A stretch of 64,000 nt of DNA from an uncultured Actinomycetes bacterium. GTDB lineage: Bacteria > Actinomycetota > Actinomycetes > S36-B12. Positions 9,846 to 19,702 of this stretch are shown here, piece by piece. A program made the position numbers and the translations under genes. Where the stretch lies: positions 1,708 to 65,707 of the forward strand of contig CAJBZP010000069.1 of NCBI GenBank assembly GCA_903960135.1. Direction: 5' to 3'. Below the pieces are notes generated by a model. The model was given only the letters and a program-made list of their open reading frames with translations. It was not told the origin of the DNA and did not search any database. Each line of letters begins with the position of its first letter. Positions within the stretch are counted from its first letter, which is position 1.

Positions 9846-9872
9846 ACTTGCAGTTAGCAGTACGGTCAAGGC

Positions 9873-11375
9873 GTGGCCAACTGGGTAACTAAGCGGACGA
9901 GGTGGGCTTTTGTTCCAATGGCCCTGCTGTTCGCGCTGGCCACGGCAATTCCCGCATTTGCTTGGGCACCCGAACGCCCAGTCCCGACGGTGGCGGACAC
10001 CGCTTACCTGATTGGGGCGCCGAAGTTTCGCACCATCTGGGTCGATCCCAAGGCCGGTAAAGATTCCCGAAGCGGTGCAACACGGGGGCAGGCACTGCGC
10101 ACCTTGGATGCGGCTTGGCGCAAAATTCCTCAGGGCAGGAAAATCACCGGCAAAGGTTTCCGCATCCTCATCACGCCTGGCGCGCTCAGGCCAAGTGAAG
10201 TTCCAAACTACTTCGAGTCGCGTTATGGCACAGCACAGGCACCGATCTTGATCCAGCCGGCTAGCGGTACAGGCACGGTCACCCTGCCCGCGGTGAATAT
10301 TTTTGACACTAGTTATCTGTATTTCATCGGACTTAAGTTTTCATCGGAACTCGGCGATGCTGTGCACTGCGAGAAGTGTGATCATTTTCTCTTGCGCGAC
10401 AGTGTTGTTCGTGGAGCGCCGCGAGATAGTGGCAAGGTCGGTGATCTCGTTAAGTTCAACCAATCCCAATATGTGTATCTGGAGAATAACGATATCTCGG
10501 GTGCATCCGACAATGTCGTAGATTTCGTGGCGGTTCAGTACGCCACATTGCTCAATAACAGGATTCACGACGGAAGCGATTGGTGCGCCTACGTAAAGGG
10601 GGGTTCGGCCAACATTCGCGTCAGCGGCAATGAGTTCTTTGACTGCGGGACGGGGGGCTTCACCGCTGGCCAAGGCACGGGATTTCAGTTCATGACGGCC
10701 CCTTGGATCAAATATGAAGCCTACGACATTGACGTGATCGACAACGTGGTGCATGACGTCGAAGGCGCCGGCCTCGGGGTGAACGGTGGATACAACGTCC
10801 TGATGGCCGGAAACATTCTTTATCGGGTAGGCGAGCGCGATCACCTGCTGGAGTTTGTAGCCGGCCATCGGTCATGCGATGGCATGGCGAGCGATGATGG
10901 GCGTGGCAAATGTGGTGCCTTTTTGGCCCAAGGCGGTTGGGGCACCACGAGGGTAGATGATGGTGAGAATTACGTTCGAATACCGAATCGGCATGTTTAT
11001 GTGTTCAACAATGTGATCGTAAATCCACCAGGAACGCAGAGTTCTGGTGCACAAATTACCGTCGCAGCGCCATACTCCGGGCAATGGCAGGCGGGCTCAA
11101 ATGTCGCCGTCCCGACTGTGTTTGATGATGACCTGCAGATCCGTGGGAACCTGATTTGGGATGGGGATGCTGATCACGGCAGCGGCCTTGGCGGTGAGGA
11201 TTCGGGCTGCCGGAATGACAATGCCACCTGCAATATTAGGCAGTATTTGGCCGATAATGCGGTTAACCGGTTCTACCCGGAGCTGGTTGCTCCGGCTGCC
11301 GGCAATTACGCCCTGACCCCAGCAACCGCCGCGGCCTTGGCGGCGCAGCGCGTTGCTATCCCGGCCTTCAACTGA
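9873..11375 (+). CDS. secreted right-handed parallel beta-helix repeat protein (pectate-lyase-fold; polysaccharide lyase/hydrolase-like)
   Basis: Signal peptide (KRTR n-region, hydrophobic core, AFA-WA). Repeated beta-helix turns with N/D-rich ladders (ENNDISGASDNVVDF, LLNNRIHDG, VIDNVVHDVEGAGLGV, LMAGNILY, FNNVIVN). GC is lower than in the neighbouring genes. Confidence 0.75.
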   Translation: MANWVTKRTRWAFVPMALLFALATAIPAFAWAPERPVPTVADTAYLIGAPKFRTIWVDPKAGKDSRSGATRGQALRTLDAAWRKIPQGRKITGKGFRILITPGALRPSEVPNYFESRYGTAQAPILIQPASGTGTVTLPAVNIFDTSYLYFIGLKFSSELGDAVHCEKCDHFLLRDSVVRGAPRDSGKVGDLVKFNQSQYVYLENNDISGASDNVVDFVAVQYATLLNNRIHDGSDWCAYVKGGSANIRVSGNEFFDCGTGGFTAGQGTGFQFMTAPWIKYEAYDIDVIDNVVHDVEGAGLGVNGGYNVLMAGNILYRVGERDHLLEFVAGHRSCDGMASDDGRGKCGAFLAQGGWGTTRVDDGENYVRIPNRHVYVFNNVIVNPPGTQSSGAQITVAAPYSGQWQAGSNVAVPTVFDDDLQIRGNLIWDGDADHGSGLGGEDSGCRNDNATCNIRQYLADNAVNRFYPELVAPAAGNYALTPATAAALAAQRVAIPAFN

Positions 11376-11490
11376 GCGGCACCTGACTCGGTAGAGTTAG
11401 GGACCTTCCCCGGTCCGTCTTAGGCGCAGTGCAGTGCTTGACCCCAAGCACGTCCCGCATGGGCGCCCGCAGGTGAGCGAAGGTGGTGTT

Positions 11491-12957
11491 ATGGCGATGA
11501 ACCGCCCCAGCGCCGTCATCATCCTTGCCGCTGGCGAGGGCACCCGGATGCGGTCTGCGACCCCAAAGGTTCTGCACAGCATCGCCGGGCGGTCACTTCT
11601 CGGCCACGTCATCGAGGCGGCTGCCACTTTGGAGCCCGAGCACCTGGTCGTCGTAGTTGGTCACGGCCGCGAGCAAGTCATCGAGCACATTGCCGAGATC
11701 GCCCCCTGGGCGTTGATCGTGGTCCAAGCCGAGCAGCATGGCACCGGTCATGCGGTTCGGGTAGCCCTTGAAGATCTTGATGCACGGGGGGCGGTGTTCA
11801 GTGATGCGCCGCTAGTGGTGCTAACAGGTGATACCCCGCTACTCTCCGGCCGCACCTTGGTGCAGTTGGTGGTGGCGCACGGGCAGGCTAGCGCCGCTGC
11901 GACCGTACTTACCACGAACCTTGATGACCCATTTGGCTACGGCCGTGTCATCCGAGATGCGGGCGGTGGCGTCCAGCGCATTGTCGAACAAAAAGATGCA
12001 TCTCCAGACGAACTTGCGATTGCGGAGATCAATTCCGGTATGTACGCCTTCGACCTAGTGAAATTACGTGGTGTATTGGGCCGCCTGACCGCCGACAATG
12101 CGCAAGGCGAGCAGTATCTCCCCGACGTCATCGGCCTGTTGCGCAGCGAGTCTGATGCGGTCGCAGCATCAATGTGTCTGGATTCATCGGAGGTCATGGG
12201 AGTTAATGACCGCGTGCAGCTAGCGGCGGCTGCAGCCATCATGCGTGATCGCATAAATACCCAGTGGATGCGTGATGGTGTGGCTATCGCTGATCCCGCT
12301 ACCACCTGGCTCGATGTCGACGTCGACATCGCACCCGATGTCACGATCTTGCCAAACACCACCTTGCGCGGCCCGACTTCGATAGCTTCGGGAGCGCAGA
12401 TCGGCCCGGGCACCACGCTGGTGTCGTGCGAAGTCGCCGAGAACGCCACTGTCATCCACACCTGGGCTGAACTTGCGGTGATCGGCGCAGGTAGCCAAGT
12501 CGGCCCATTTACCTACCTGCGCCCAGGCACGGTGATGGGTGCCGATACCAAAGCTGGGGCATTCGTCGAAATCAAGAACTCGGCCATTGGGGATTCATCC
12601 AAGGTGCCGCACCTGTCTTATGTTGGCGATGCGCAGATCGGGACAGGCAGCAATATCGGCGCGGCCACCGTGTTCGTCAACTATGACGGAGTGGAGAAGC
12701 ACCGAACTGTCATTGGTGATCATGTTCGAGTCGGCAGCGACACCATGCTCGTGGCGCCGGTGACAATTGGCGACGGTGCCTACACGGCCGCGGGCTCGGT
12801 AATTACCGAAGACGTGCCGCCGGGGGCAATGGGGGTTGGGCGAGCACGTCAACGCAATATCCTCGACTGGGTGCTTAGGCGTAGGCCAGGTACTGAATCA
12901 GCTAGGGCCGCAGGTCAATCAATCAAACCGGTAACTCAGGCGCAGGAGGATAAGTGA
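11491..12957 (+). CDS. glmU: bifunctional UDP-N-acetylglucosamine pyrophosphorylase / GlcN-1-P N-acetyltransferase
   Basis: LAAGEGTRMRS nucleotidyltransferase motif and C-terminal left-handed beta-helix hexapeptide repeats. ATG 11491 chosen (GAAGGTGG upstream); the track ORF starts at 11434. Confidence 0.95.
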   Translation: MAMNRPSAVIILAAGEGTRMRSATPKVLHSIAGRSLLGHVIEAAATLEPEHLVVVVGHGREQVIEHIAEIAPWALIVVQAEQHGTGHAVRVALEDLDARGAVFSDAPLVVLTGDTPLLSGRTLVQLVVAHGQASAAATVLTTNLDDPFGYGRVIRDAGGGVQRIVEQKDASPDELAIAEINSGMYAFDLVKLRGVLGRLTADNAQGEQYLPDVIGLLRSESDAVAASMCLDSSEVMGVNDRVQLAAAAAIMRDRINTQWMRDGVAIADPATTWLDVDVDIAPDVTILPNTTLRGPTSIASGAQIGPGTTLVSCEVAENATVIHTWAELAVIGAGSQVGPFTYLRPGTVMGADTKAGAFVEIKNSAIGDSSKVPHLSYVGDAQIGTGSNIGAATVFVNYDGVEKHRTVIGDHVRVGSDTMLVAPVTIGDGAYTAAGSVITEDVPPGAMGVGRARQRNILDWVLRRRPGTESARAAGQSIKPVTQAQEDK

Positions 12958-13955
12958 CCGAACTCGTGGTGGCCAACAAGAAGCGCCTAGTGCTACTTGC
13001 CGGCCGTTCGCATCCGCAATTGGCGGATCAAGTTGCCGCTCACCTAGGAATACCGTTATCCAAGACCACCGCATTTGATTTTGCCAATGGCGAGATCTTC
13101 GTCCGATTCCAAGAATCCGTGCGCGGTTGCGATGCCTTCGTGCTCCAGAGTCATACGACGCCAATCAACCAATGGATCATGGAGCAACTGATCATGGTCG
13201 ATGCGTTAAAGCGCGCATCGGCCAAGCGCATCACCGTCGTTATGCCGTTCTACGGATACGCCCGTCAAGATAAGAAGCATCGCGGTCGCGAACCAATCTC
13301 GGCTCGGTTGATGGCGGATCTATTCAAGGCTGCTGGCGCCGACCGCCTGATGACAGTTGATCTGCATACCTCGCAGATTCAAGGTTTCTTCGACGGGCCA
13401 GTTGATCACCTGTTCGCGCTGCCGTTGCTGGCCGCACATGTCTCAAGCAAGGTGGATCGCTCCATGATCACTGTCATCTCACCTGATGCTGGTCGGGTGC
13501 GGGTGGCTGAGCGCTGGACAGATGTGCTCGGTGCGCCACTGGCGATAATCCATAAGCGCCGCGATCCGGATGTGCCCAATCAAGTCCGGGTGCTCGAAGT
13601 CGTAGGTGATGTTGAAGGTCGGGTCTGCGTCGTTGTTGACGACATGATCGATACCGGTGGCACCATCGTGAAGGCAGCCGAGACGCTATTTGACAATGGT
13701 GCGGCCGATGTCATCGTGGCCGCAACCCACGGCATCTTGAGCGATCCAGCGGCTGAGCGACTCCAAAACTCTCGGATCTCCGAGGTGATCATCACTGACA
13801 CCTTGCCGATTATCGATAGCCATATGTTCCCCAAACTGACCGTGTTGTCCATCGCACCGATTTTGGCCACCGCGGTGAACGAAGTGTTCACCGATGGCTC
13901 GGTTACCAGCATGTTCGAGGATCCCGATACCTCAGCCGTCAATTCCTCGCACTAG
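12954..13955 (+). CDS. prs: ribose-phosphate pyrophosphokinase
   Basis: Motifs YARQDKK, the DLH...IQGFF flexible loop and the VVVDDMIDTGGT PRPP-binding site. The GTG start overlaps the glmU stop (GTGA). Confidence 0.95.
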   Translation: MTELVVANKKRLVLLAGRSHPQLADQVAAHLGIPLSKTTAFDFANGEIFVRFQESVRGCDAFVLQSHTTPINQWIMEQLIMVDALKRASAKRITVVMPFYGYARQDKKHRGREPISARLMADLFKAAGADRLMTVDLHTSQIQGFFDGPVDHLFALPLLAAHVSSKVDRSMITVISPDAGRVRVAERWTDVLGAPLAIIHKRRDPDVPNQVRVLEVVGDVEGRVCVVVDDMIDTGGTIVKAAETLFDNGAADVIVAATHGILSDPAAERLQNSRISEVIITDTLPIIDSHMFPKLTVLSIAPILATAVNEVFTDGSVTSMFEDPDTSAVNSSH

Positions 13956-14112
13956 CCCAGCCGGCCACCAGAGGGGTGCCCTTGGCCAGAATCTGGCCCG
14001 GGTTAGACTTCGGCTACTCCTCGGCGAGGGTGGCCACTTGCTGGTCACCGTGATCGACGCGGTCGGCGCCCAACGCGCTTCACCGAGGTGACTTTCGCTA
14101 AGGAGAAGTACG

Positions 14113-14697
14113 TTGTCCCAAGTAGCCATCACCGCTCAAGCCCGCTCCGAATTCGGCAAGGGCGCGGCCCGCAAACTGCGCCGCGAAGGCCGGATCCCCG
14201 CCGTCATTTACGGCAGTGGCACTGAATTGGTGCACATCACTTTGCCTGAGCACGAACTCAACTTGGCCCTTCGCAAGCCTCGGGTGGTGCTCGCGGTCAC
14301 CTTCGACGGCTCTACCGTCATCACCAAGCCGCGCGATGTGCAGCGTGATCCGGTCAAGCGCGTAATTGAGCACCTTGACCTAGTCATCATCTCCAAGCTC
14401 GAGGCGGCAACGCGTGGCGATATGGCCGATGCCATGAAGGTTGCTGAGGCAGCGGCCGTTGAAGCCGGTATCGACCCGGGCACGGTGGCGGCTGCGATGC
14501 AGGAGGCAATTGCGCGTGGCGAGGATCCGATGACAGCGGCATTGCACGCGGTTGCTGACGTCCGGGCGCAGGCTGAGGCATATTCCGAGGCCAACACTGC
14601 GCAGGCCGAAGTTGATGACGCAGCCGCAGCCGCTGGAGCAGCAGCAGCCGCTGCGGCAGCTCCGCCGAGTGCACCAGCCGAACCGGCTGGCGAGTAA
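14113..14697 (+). CDS. rplY: 50S ribosomal protein L25/general stress protein Ctc
   Basis: N-terminal L25 domain (RSEFGKGAARKLRREGRIPAVIYG, RDVQRDPV...HLDL) with the Ala/Pro-rich C-terminal tail typical of actinobacterial L25. TTG start after AAGGAG. Confidence 0.9.
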   Translation: MSQVAITAQARSEFGKGAARKLRREGRIPAVIYGSGTELVHITLPEHELNLALRKPRVVLAVTFDGSTVITKPRDVQRDPVKRVIEHLDLVIISKLEAATRGDMADAMKVAEAAAVEAGIDPGTVAAAMQEAIARGEDPMTAALHAVADVRAQAEAYSEANTAQAEVDDAAAAAGAAAAAAAAPPSAPAEPAGE

Positions 14698-14721
14698 CTA
14701 GCCTTCGAAAACGCAAATCCC

Positions 14722-15315
14722 ATGACCTGGCTCATTGTGGGCCTGGGCAATCCTGGTCCGGACTACGCCGCGACCCGGCACAACGTCGGGTACCAGGCGG
14801 TCGCCGATCTGGCGACTCGGATGGGTGGGCGGTTGGCAAAGCACAAGCGTGCTAACGCCCTTGTGCTGGAAGGTCGCCTCGGCAGCCCTGGTACTTCGGT
14901 TACTGCGGTGCTGGCCCAGCCCCTTTCGTTTATGAACGAATCAGGTGGGCCGGTCAAAGCATTGATGCAGTTTTACGACGTGACCGAGGAGAACTTGATC
15001 GTGCTGCACGATGAACTTGATATCTCATTCGGCAGTATTCGGGCGAAGTTCGGTGGCGGCGATAATGGCCACAATGGTTTGAAGAGCATTCGCAAAGTGC
15101 TCGGCACGGGTGAGTATTTTCGGGTACGACTTGGGATCGGTCGCCCAATGGGGGCTGCGGATCCAGCAGAATTCGTCCTCAAGCCATTCGTGGCTGCGCA
15201 GCGAGCCGACGCCGAGGTAATGGTGGCACGTGGCGCGGATGCAGCGCAGTCATTAGTTTTCGACGGGCTTGAGCGCACGCAGAATATTTACAACGGCGAC
15301 GGGGAGGTGGGGTAG
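14722..15315 (+). CDS. pth: peptidyl-tRNA hydrolase
   Basis: Motifs LIVGLGNPGPDYAATRHNVG, MNESG and GGDNGHNGLKS. Confidence 0.95.
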   Translation: MTWLIVGLGNPGPDYAATRHNVGYQAVADLATRMGGRLAKHKRANALVLEGRLGSPGTSVTAVLAQPLSFMNESGGPVKALMQFYDVTEENLIVLHDELDISFGSIRAKFGGGDNGHNGLKSIRKVLGTGEYFRVRLGIGRPMGAADPAEFVLKPFVAAQRADAEVMVARGADAAQSLVFDGLERTQNIYNGDGEVG

Positions 15316-16134
15316 GTGCAGATGCTTCAGGACGCTGAACTATCACGGGCCATTGCGGCCGAGGCGGGGCAGGTGTTGCTTAGTCTGCGCTCCACCTTCG
15401 GTGACCTAGACCCGGCGGATAAAGATCGCGCGAATGAACTGCGGAAATCTGGTGACCGCACCGCGCACGAGTTGATAGCCGCCTTCTTGGCTGAGCACCG
15501 ACCACATGATGCGTTGTTGAGTGAGGAAGGCGCCGACGATGATCGGCGGTTATCGGCCGACCGGGTCTGGATCGTCGATCCACTTGATGGCACTTGGGAG
15601 TACGGCCAAGGCCGGGCGGACTTCGCCGTACATGTTGCACTTTGGCTCTCAGCCACGAGCAGCCTTGCCGCCTGCACCGTAGACCTGCCTGCGCAGGGAA
15701 TGTCGCGTTCGGTACTCGATGAGGTCAGTGCACCTGCCGCGCTGCCAACTAATCGGCCCATCCGAATCGTGGCATCGCGCACCCGACCACCGGCGACCTT
15801 GCCGATGGCAGTTGAGTTACTAGCAGAGAAATTAGCGAAGGCCGGGATAGGTGAGCAAGGGGTTGAGATTGTTGATGTTGGTTCGGTGGGCGCCAAGGTC
15901 AATGAACTCCTATGTGGGCGCGCCGAGGCTTATGTCCATGACACCGGCTTTTATGAGTGGGATGTAGCAGCGCCTTATGGGGTCGCCGCACACTACGGCT
16001 ACCTTGCCAGTCATGTCGACGGGAAACCTGTCACTTTCAATCACATGCCGCCCAAAGTCTCCGACCTGATAGTGGCCCACCCGCAGCTAGCGCAACTTCT
16101 GCGTGAGTGCCTCGCGGAGGCGGCTCGCCAGTGA
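15316..16134 (+). CDS. inositol monophosphatase-family phosphatase (CysQ-like 3'(2'),5'-bisphosphate nucleotidase)
   Basis: Metal-binding motifs LSEEG and WIVDPLDGTWEY, plus a C-terminal EWD motif. Start is GTG 15316 or ATG 15322. Confidence 0.8.
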   Translation: MQMLQDAELSRAIAAEAGQVLLSLRSTFGDLDPADKDRANELRKSGDRTAHELIAAFLAEHRPHDALLSEEGADDDRRLSADRVWIVDPLDGTWEYGQGRADFAVHVALWLSATSSLAACTVDLPAQGMSRSVLDEVSAPAALPTNRPIRIVASRTRPPATLPMAVELLAEKLAKAGIGEQGVEIVDVGSVGAKVNELLCGRAEAYVHDTGFYEWDVAAPYGVAAHYGYLASHVDGKPVTFNHMPPKVSDLIVAHPQLAQLLRECLAEAARQ

Positions 16135-19100
16135 GCCTTACCGGTCTGATCAAGGCCGTTTCCAGTGCGCCGGACTTCAAGCGGCTGAGCGAATCCACGG
16201 TGGCGACCGCGGTCGCACCCAAGTCGTTGGCGCCGATGCTATTGGCCCAACTTGCTGCCCCGGCGCCACTTGGCGGTGGCCGGCGGCTCGTAGTTGTCAC
16301 GGCAACCGGTCGCGAGGCCGATGATCTCGCCGAGACCCTGCGCACTTTGGTGCCGACGCGAAATATCGCGGTATTCCCATCCTGGGAGACCTTGCCCCAT
16401 GAGCGCCTGTCGCCTTCCCTTGACACTGTTGGACGTCGGGTTGCCATCTTGCGTCGCTTGGCACATGCAGATGCCGCGGACCCACTCGTTCAACCCATCG
16501 AAATCCTGATTTGCTCGGTGCGCGCGGTGTTGCAGCCGATGGCCGCGGGCCTTGGTGATGTTGAACCGATAAGACTTCGCCTAGGGGTGACCGCAGACCT
16601 CTCCACCCTGGTAGAGCGCTTGGTTGAACTCGGTTATGAGCGTAATGACTTAGTGGAACGGCGCGGGCAGTTCGCGGTCCGGGGCGGCATCCTTGATGTG
16701 TTCCCACCACCAGATGAGCACCCCCTGCGAGTTGAGTTCTGGGGTGATGTCGTCGAAGAAATCCGAACGTTTTCAGTTGCTGACCAGCGATCCCTCGAAC
16801 TGGCGTCCGATGGGCTATTTGCGCCACCTGTTCGTGAGCTGCTTTTGACTTCGATGGTTCGGGAGCGAGCCCGGATGATTGCGGCCGCAGCGCCGGAACT
16901 AACTGACATGGCCGGTCGAATTGCCGCGGGCCTACATGTTGAAGGCATGGAGACGCTGATCCCGGTCTTGGTCGAAAAGATGGTCACCCTGCCGGAGTTA
17001 GTGGACCCGTCATCGACTTTGGTTCTCATCGAACCTGAGCGGATCCGAACACGGGCCCATGATCTTGAGCGCACCGCCGCCGAGTTCTTGGCGGCGTCTT
17101 GGCATAACGCGGCGGTTGGCAACAAAACCCCGATTGACCTAGCCGGGGCATCGTATGTGTCAGTGGCGCAGATTTTGGCGACCGCAGATGGTAGAACCAT
17201 GCGCCGGCTCTCGGTAACTCCACTCGCAACTGATCTTGAACTCTTGGATGCGCAAGATGATGAAGTGTTTGACTTTGGTGCCGGGGCGGCCCACGAGTAT
17301 CGCGGTGACGCTGGGTTGGCTTTTGCCGACATCGCCAAGTGGGCGCAGGCCGGGTGGCGGGTGGTCTTAGTCAGTGAGGGGCACGGCTCCGCTGAACGTT
17401 TCGTCGAGACCTTAAGCGGTGAAGACATCCCAGCTCGCCTGGTGGAGTCATTAGACGATGAGCCGCAGCCTGGGGTAGTCAGCGTGACAATGGCGAGCAT
17501 GGCCCACGGTTTTGTCCTTGCGGGGAGCGAATTAGTGGTACTCACCGAGACCGACATTGTCGGTCAGCGCTCATCAACTAAAGATATGCGGCGGCTGCCC
17601 TCGAGCAGGCGCCGCACCATTGACCCGTTGACGCTGGCTAACGGCGACTTCGTGGTTCATGAGCAGCACGGGGTTGGTCGCTACGTTGAGATGGCAAAAC
17701 GGGAAGTCGGCGGGGCGGCCCGGGAGTATCTGGTCGTTGAGTACGCGCCGAGTAAGCGGGGGCAGCCGGCCGATCGACTTTATGTGCCAACAGATCAACT
17801 TGATTTGGTCACGCGCTATATAGGCGGTGAGTCACCGAGTGTGCACCGACTGGGCGGGGCGGATTGGGAGAAGTCAAAGGGTCGGGCCCGCAAGGCGGTT
17901 AAGCAAATAGCGGGTGAGCTGATCCGCCTCTACGCTGCCCGCCAGGCGACCAAGGGCTACGCCTTCGGGGCCGACACTCCTTGGCAGCGCGAGCTCGAAG
18001 ATGCATTCGCTTATGTCGAAACCCCCGATCAACTCTCGTGCATTGATGAAGTGAAAGTTGATATGCAGCGCGAAGTCCCGATGGATCGGCTGATCTGCGG
18101 CGATGTGGGTTACGGAAAAACCGAGATTGCCGTTCGGGCGGCTTTTAAGGCGGTGCAAGACGGTAAGCAGGTTGCGGTGCTGGTGCCAACGACTTTGCTG
18201 GTGCAACAGCACCTTTCAACTTTCGCCGAGCGGTATGCCCCATTCCCCCTGAAGGTGGCGGGTCTCTCCAGGTTTAACACCGAGAAGGAGGCCCGTGAAG
18301 TGGTAGCGGGTTTGGGTGATGGCACCGTCGACGTGGTGATTGGCACCCACCGCATGCTGACGGCGAATGTGCGCTTCAAGGACCTTGGGTTGGTGATTCT
18401 TGACGAAGAGCAGCGGTTTGGCGTCGAGCACAAGGAGCATCTCAAGGCGCTAAGAACCAATGTGGATGTACTCGCGATGTCGGCGACCCCGATTCCGCGC
18501 ACCCTTGAGATGGCGGTTACGGGGATCAGAGAAATGTCCGTAATCCAGACCCCGCCCGAGGAGCGGCTCCCGGTGCTCACTTTCGTCGGCCCGTATGACG
18601 ACAAGCAAATATCGGCGGCCATCCGCCGGGAATTACTCCGCGAAGGTCAGATCTTCTTCGTGCATAACCGGGTTGAGTCCATCGAGAAAGTTGCCGCCCG
18701 TCTTCGTGAGTTGGTTCCCGAGGCAAGGTTTGCTACCGCCCACGGCCAGATGAATGAGTCCACGCTTGAGCAGGTCATCGTCGATTTCTGGGACGGACAA
18801 ATTGATGTGCTCGTCTGCACCACCATCGTGGAGTCAGGTATTGATATCGCCAACGCGAACACTTTGATAGTTGACCGCGCCGATACCTTCGGGCTCTCGC
18901 AATTACATCAATTGCGCGGGCGAGTAGGGCGCGGTCGCGAGCGCGCATACGCATACTTCCTCTACAACGCTGACAAGCCAATGACAGAGACTGCACATGA
19001 GCGCTTGGTCACGATTGCCCAGAACACTGACCTAGGCTCGGGGATGCGCATCGCGATGAAGGATCTGGAGATCCGCGGTGCGGGCAACCTACTTGGTGGG

Positions 19101-19667
19101 GAACAAAGTGGGCACATCGCTGATGTGGGCTTTGACCTTTATGTGCGCCTGGTGGGGGAGGCCTTGGCCGAGCACCGGGGGCAGACCGAGCAGGATTTCG
19201 TTGAAGTCCGAGTCGAACTACCGATCAATGCGCACATTCCCCATGAGTACGTGCCGCAGGAACGGTTGCGGCTCGCCGCGTACAAGCACTTGGCCGACGC
19301 GACCACCGAGGCGGCGGTGGACGAAGTCGCTATTGAGTTAACCGACCGGTTCGGCCCGCTGCCAGACCCAGTGACCGCATTGCTCGCGGTGGCCCGGTTT
19401 CGGGCGCTTGCCCGCGCCGCGGGGTTGACTGAGGTGGTGGCCCAGGGGCCAAAAGTTCGCTTCCACCCGGTGGAGTTACCGGAGTCGGCCCAATTGAGAT
19501 TAGAACGGCTGTACCCAGGAACACAGGTTCGGGGGGCGGTCCGTACGATCGTGGTGCCGCGGCCGATGACCGCCCCGATGGGTGGGCAACCGGTCCGCGA
19601 CATCGCGCTAATCGACTGGGCGGCAGAATTAGTAAATACGGTGCTGCCAAGGCCTGTGCTCGGTTAG
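16131..19667 (+). CDS. mfd: transcription-repair coupling factor
   Basis: About 1180 aa. Contains a UvrB-homology N-terminus, the CarD-like RNAP-interaction motif GDFVVHEQHGVGRY, SF2 helicase motifs (GDVGYGKTE, DEEQRFG, SATPIPRT) and a TRG motif region. GTG 16131 overlaps the upstream stop (GTGA). Confidence 0.95.
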   Translation: MSLTGLIKAVSSAPDFKRLSESTVATAVAPKSLAPMLLAQLAAPAPLGGGRRLVVVTATGREADDLAETLRTLVPTRNIAVFPSWETLPHERLSPSLDTVGRRVAILRRLAHADAADPLVQPIEILICSVRAVLQPMAAGLGDVEPIRLRLGVTADLSTLVERLVELGYERNDLVERRGQFAVRGGILDVFPPPDEHPLRVEFWGDVVEEIRTFSVADQRSLELASDGLFAPPVRELLLTSMVRERARMIAAAAPELTDMAGRIAAGLHVEGMETLIPVLVEKMVTLPELVDPSSTLVLIEPERIRTRAHDLERTAAEFLAASWHNAAVGNKTPIDLAGASYVSVAQILATADGRTMRRLSVTPLATDLELLDAQDDEVFDFGAGAAHEYRGDAGLAFADIAKWAQAGWRVVLVSEGHGSAERFVETLSGEDIPARLVESLDDEPQPGVVSVTMASMAHGFVLAGSELVVLTETDIVGQRSSTKDMRRLPSSRRRTIDPLTLANGDFVVHEQHGVGRYVEMAKREVGGAAREYLVVEYAPSKRGQPADRLYVPTDQLDLVTRYIGGESPSVHRLGGADWEKSKGRARKAVKQIAGELIRLYAARQATKGYAFGADTPWQRELEDAFAYVETPDQLSCIDEVKVDMQREVPMDRLICGDVGYGKTEIAVRAAFKAVQDGKQVAVLVPTTLLVQQHLSTFAERYAPFPLKVAGLSRFNTEKEAREVVAGLGDGTVDVVIGTHRMLTANVRFKDLGLVILDEEQRFGVEHKEHLKALRTNVDVLAMSATPIPRTLEMAVTGIREMSVIQTPPEERLPVLTFVGPYDDKQISAAIRRELLREGQIFFVHNRVESIEKVAARLRELVPEARFATAHGQMNESTLEQVIVDFWDGQIDVLVCTTIVESGIDIANANTLIVDRADTFGLSQLHQLRGRVGRGRERAYAYFLYNADKPMTETAHERLVTIAQNTDLGSGMRIAMKDLEIRGAGNLLGGEQSGHIADVGFDLYVRLVGEALAEHRGQTEQDFVEVRVELPINAHIPHEYVPQERLRLAAYKHLADATTEAAVDEVAIELTDRFGPLPDPVTALLAVARFRALARAAGLTEVVAQGPKVRFHPVELPESAQLRLERLYPGTQVRGAVRTIVVPRPMTAPMGGQPVRDIALIDWAAELVNTVLPRPVLG

Positions 19668-19702
19668 ACCAAAGCCCGCCCGTCCTAGATTTCGGAGATA
19701 AA

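Noticed and set aside
9622-9888. 88-aa + strand ORF (PRELFNLRGPRTWPTPGSFS...) running through the tRNA and the 44-bp repeats
   Set aside because: It overlaps the tRNA-Gln gene. The 44-bp period is not a multiple of 3, so each repeat copy is read in a different frame. Its Pro/Gly-rich composition is what GC-rich non-coding sequence yields.
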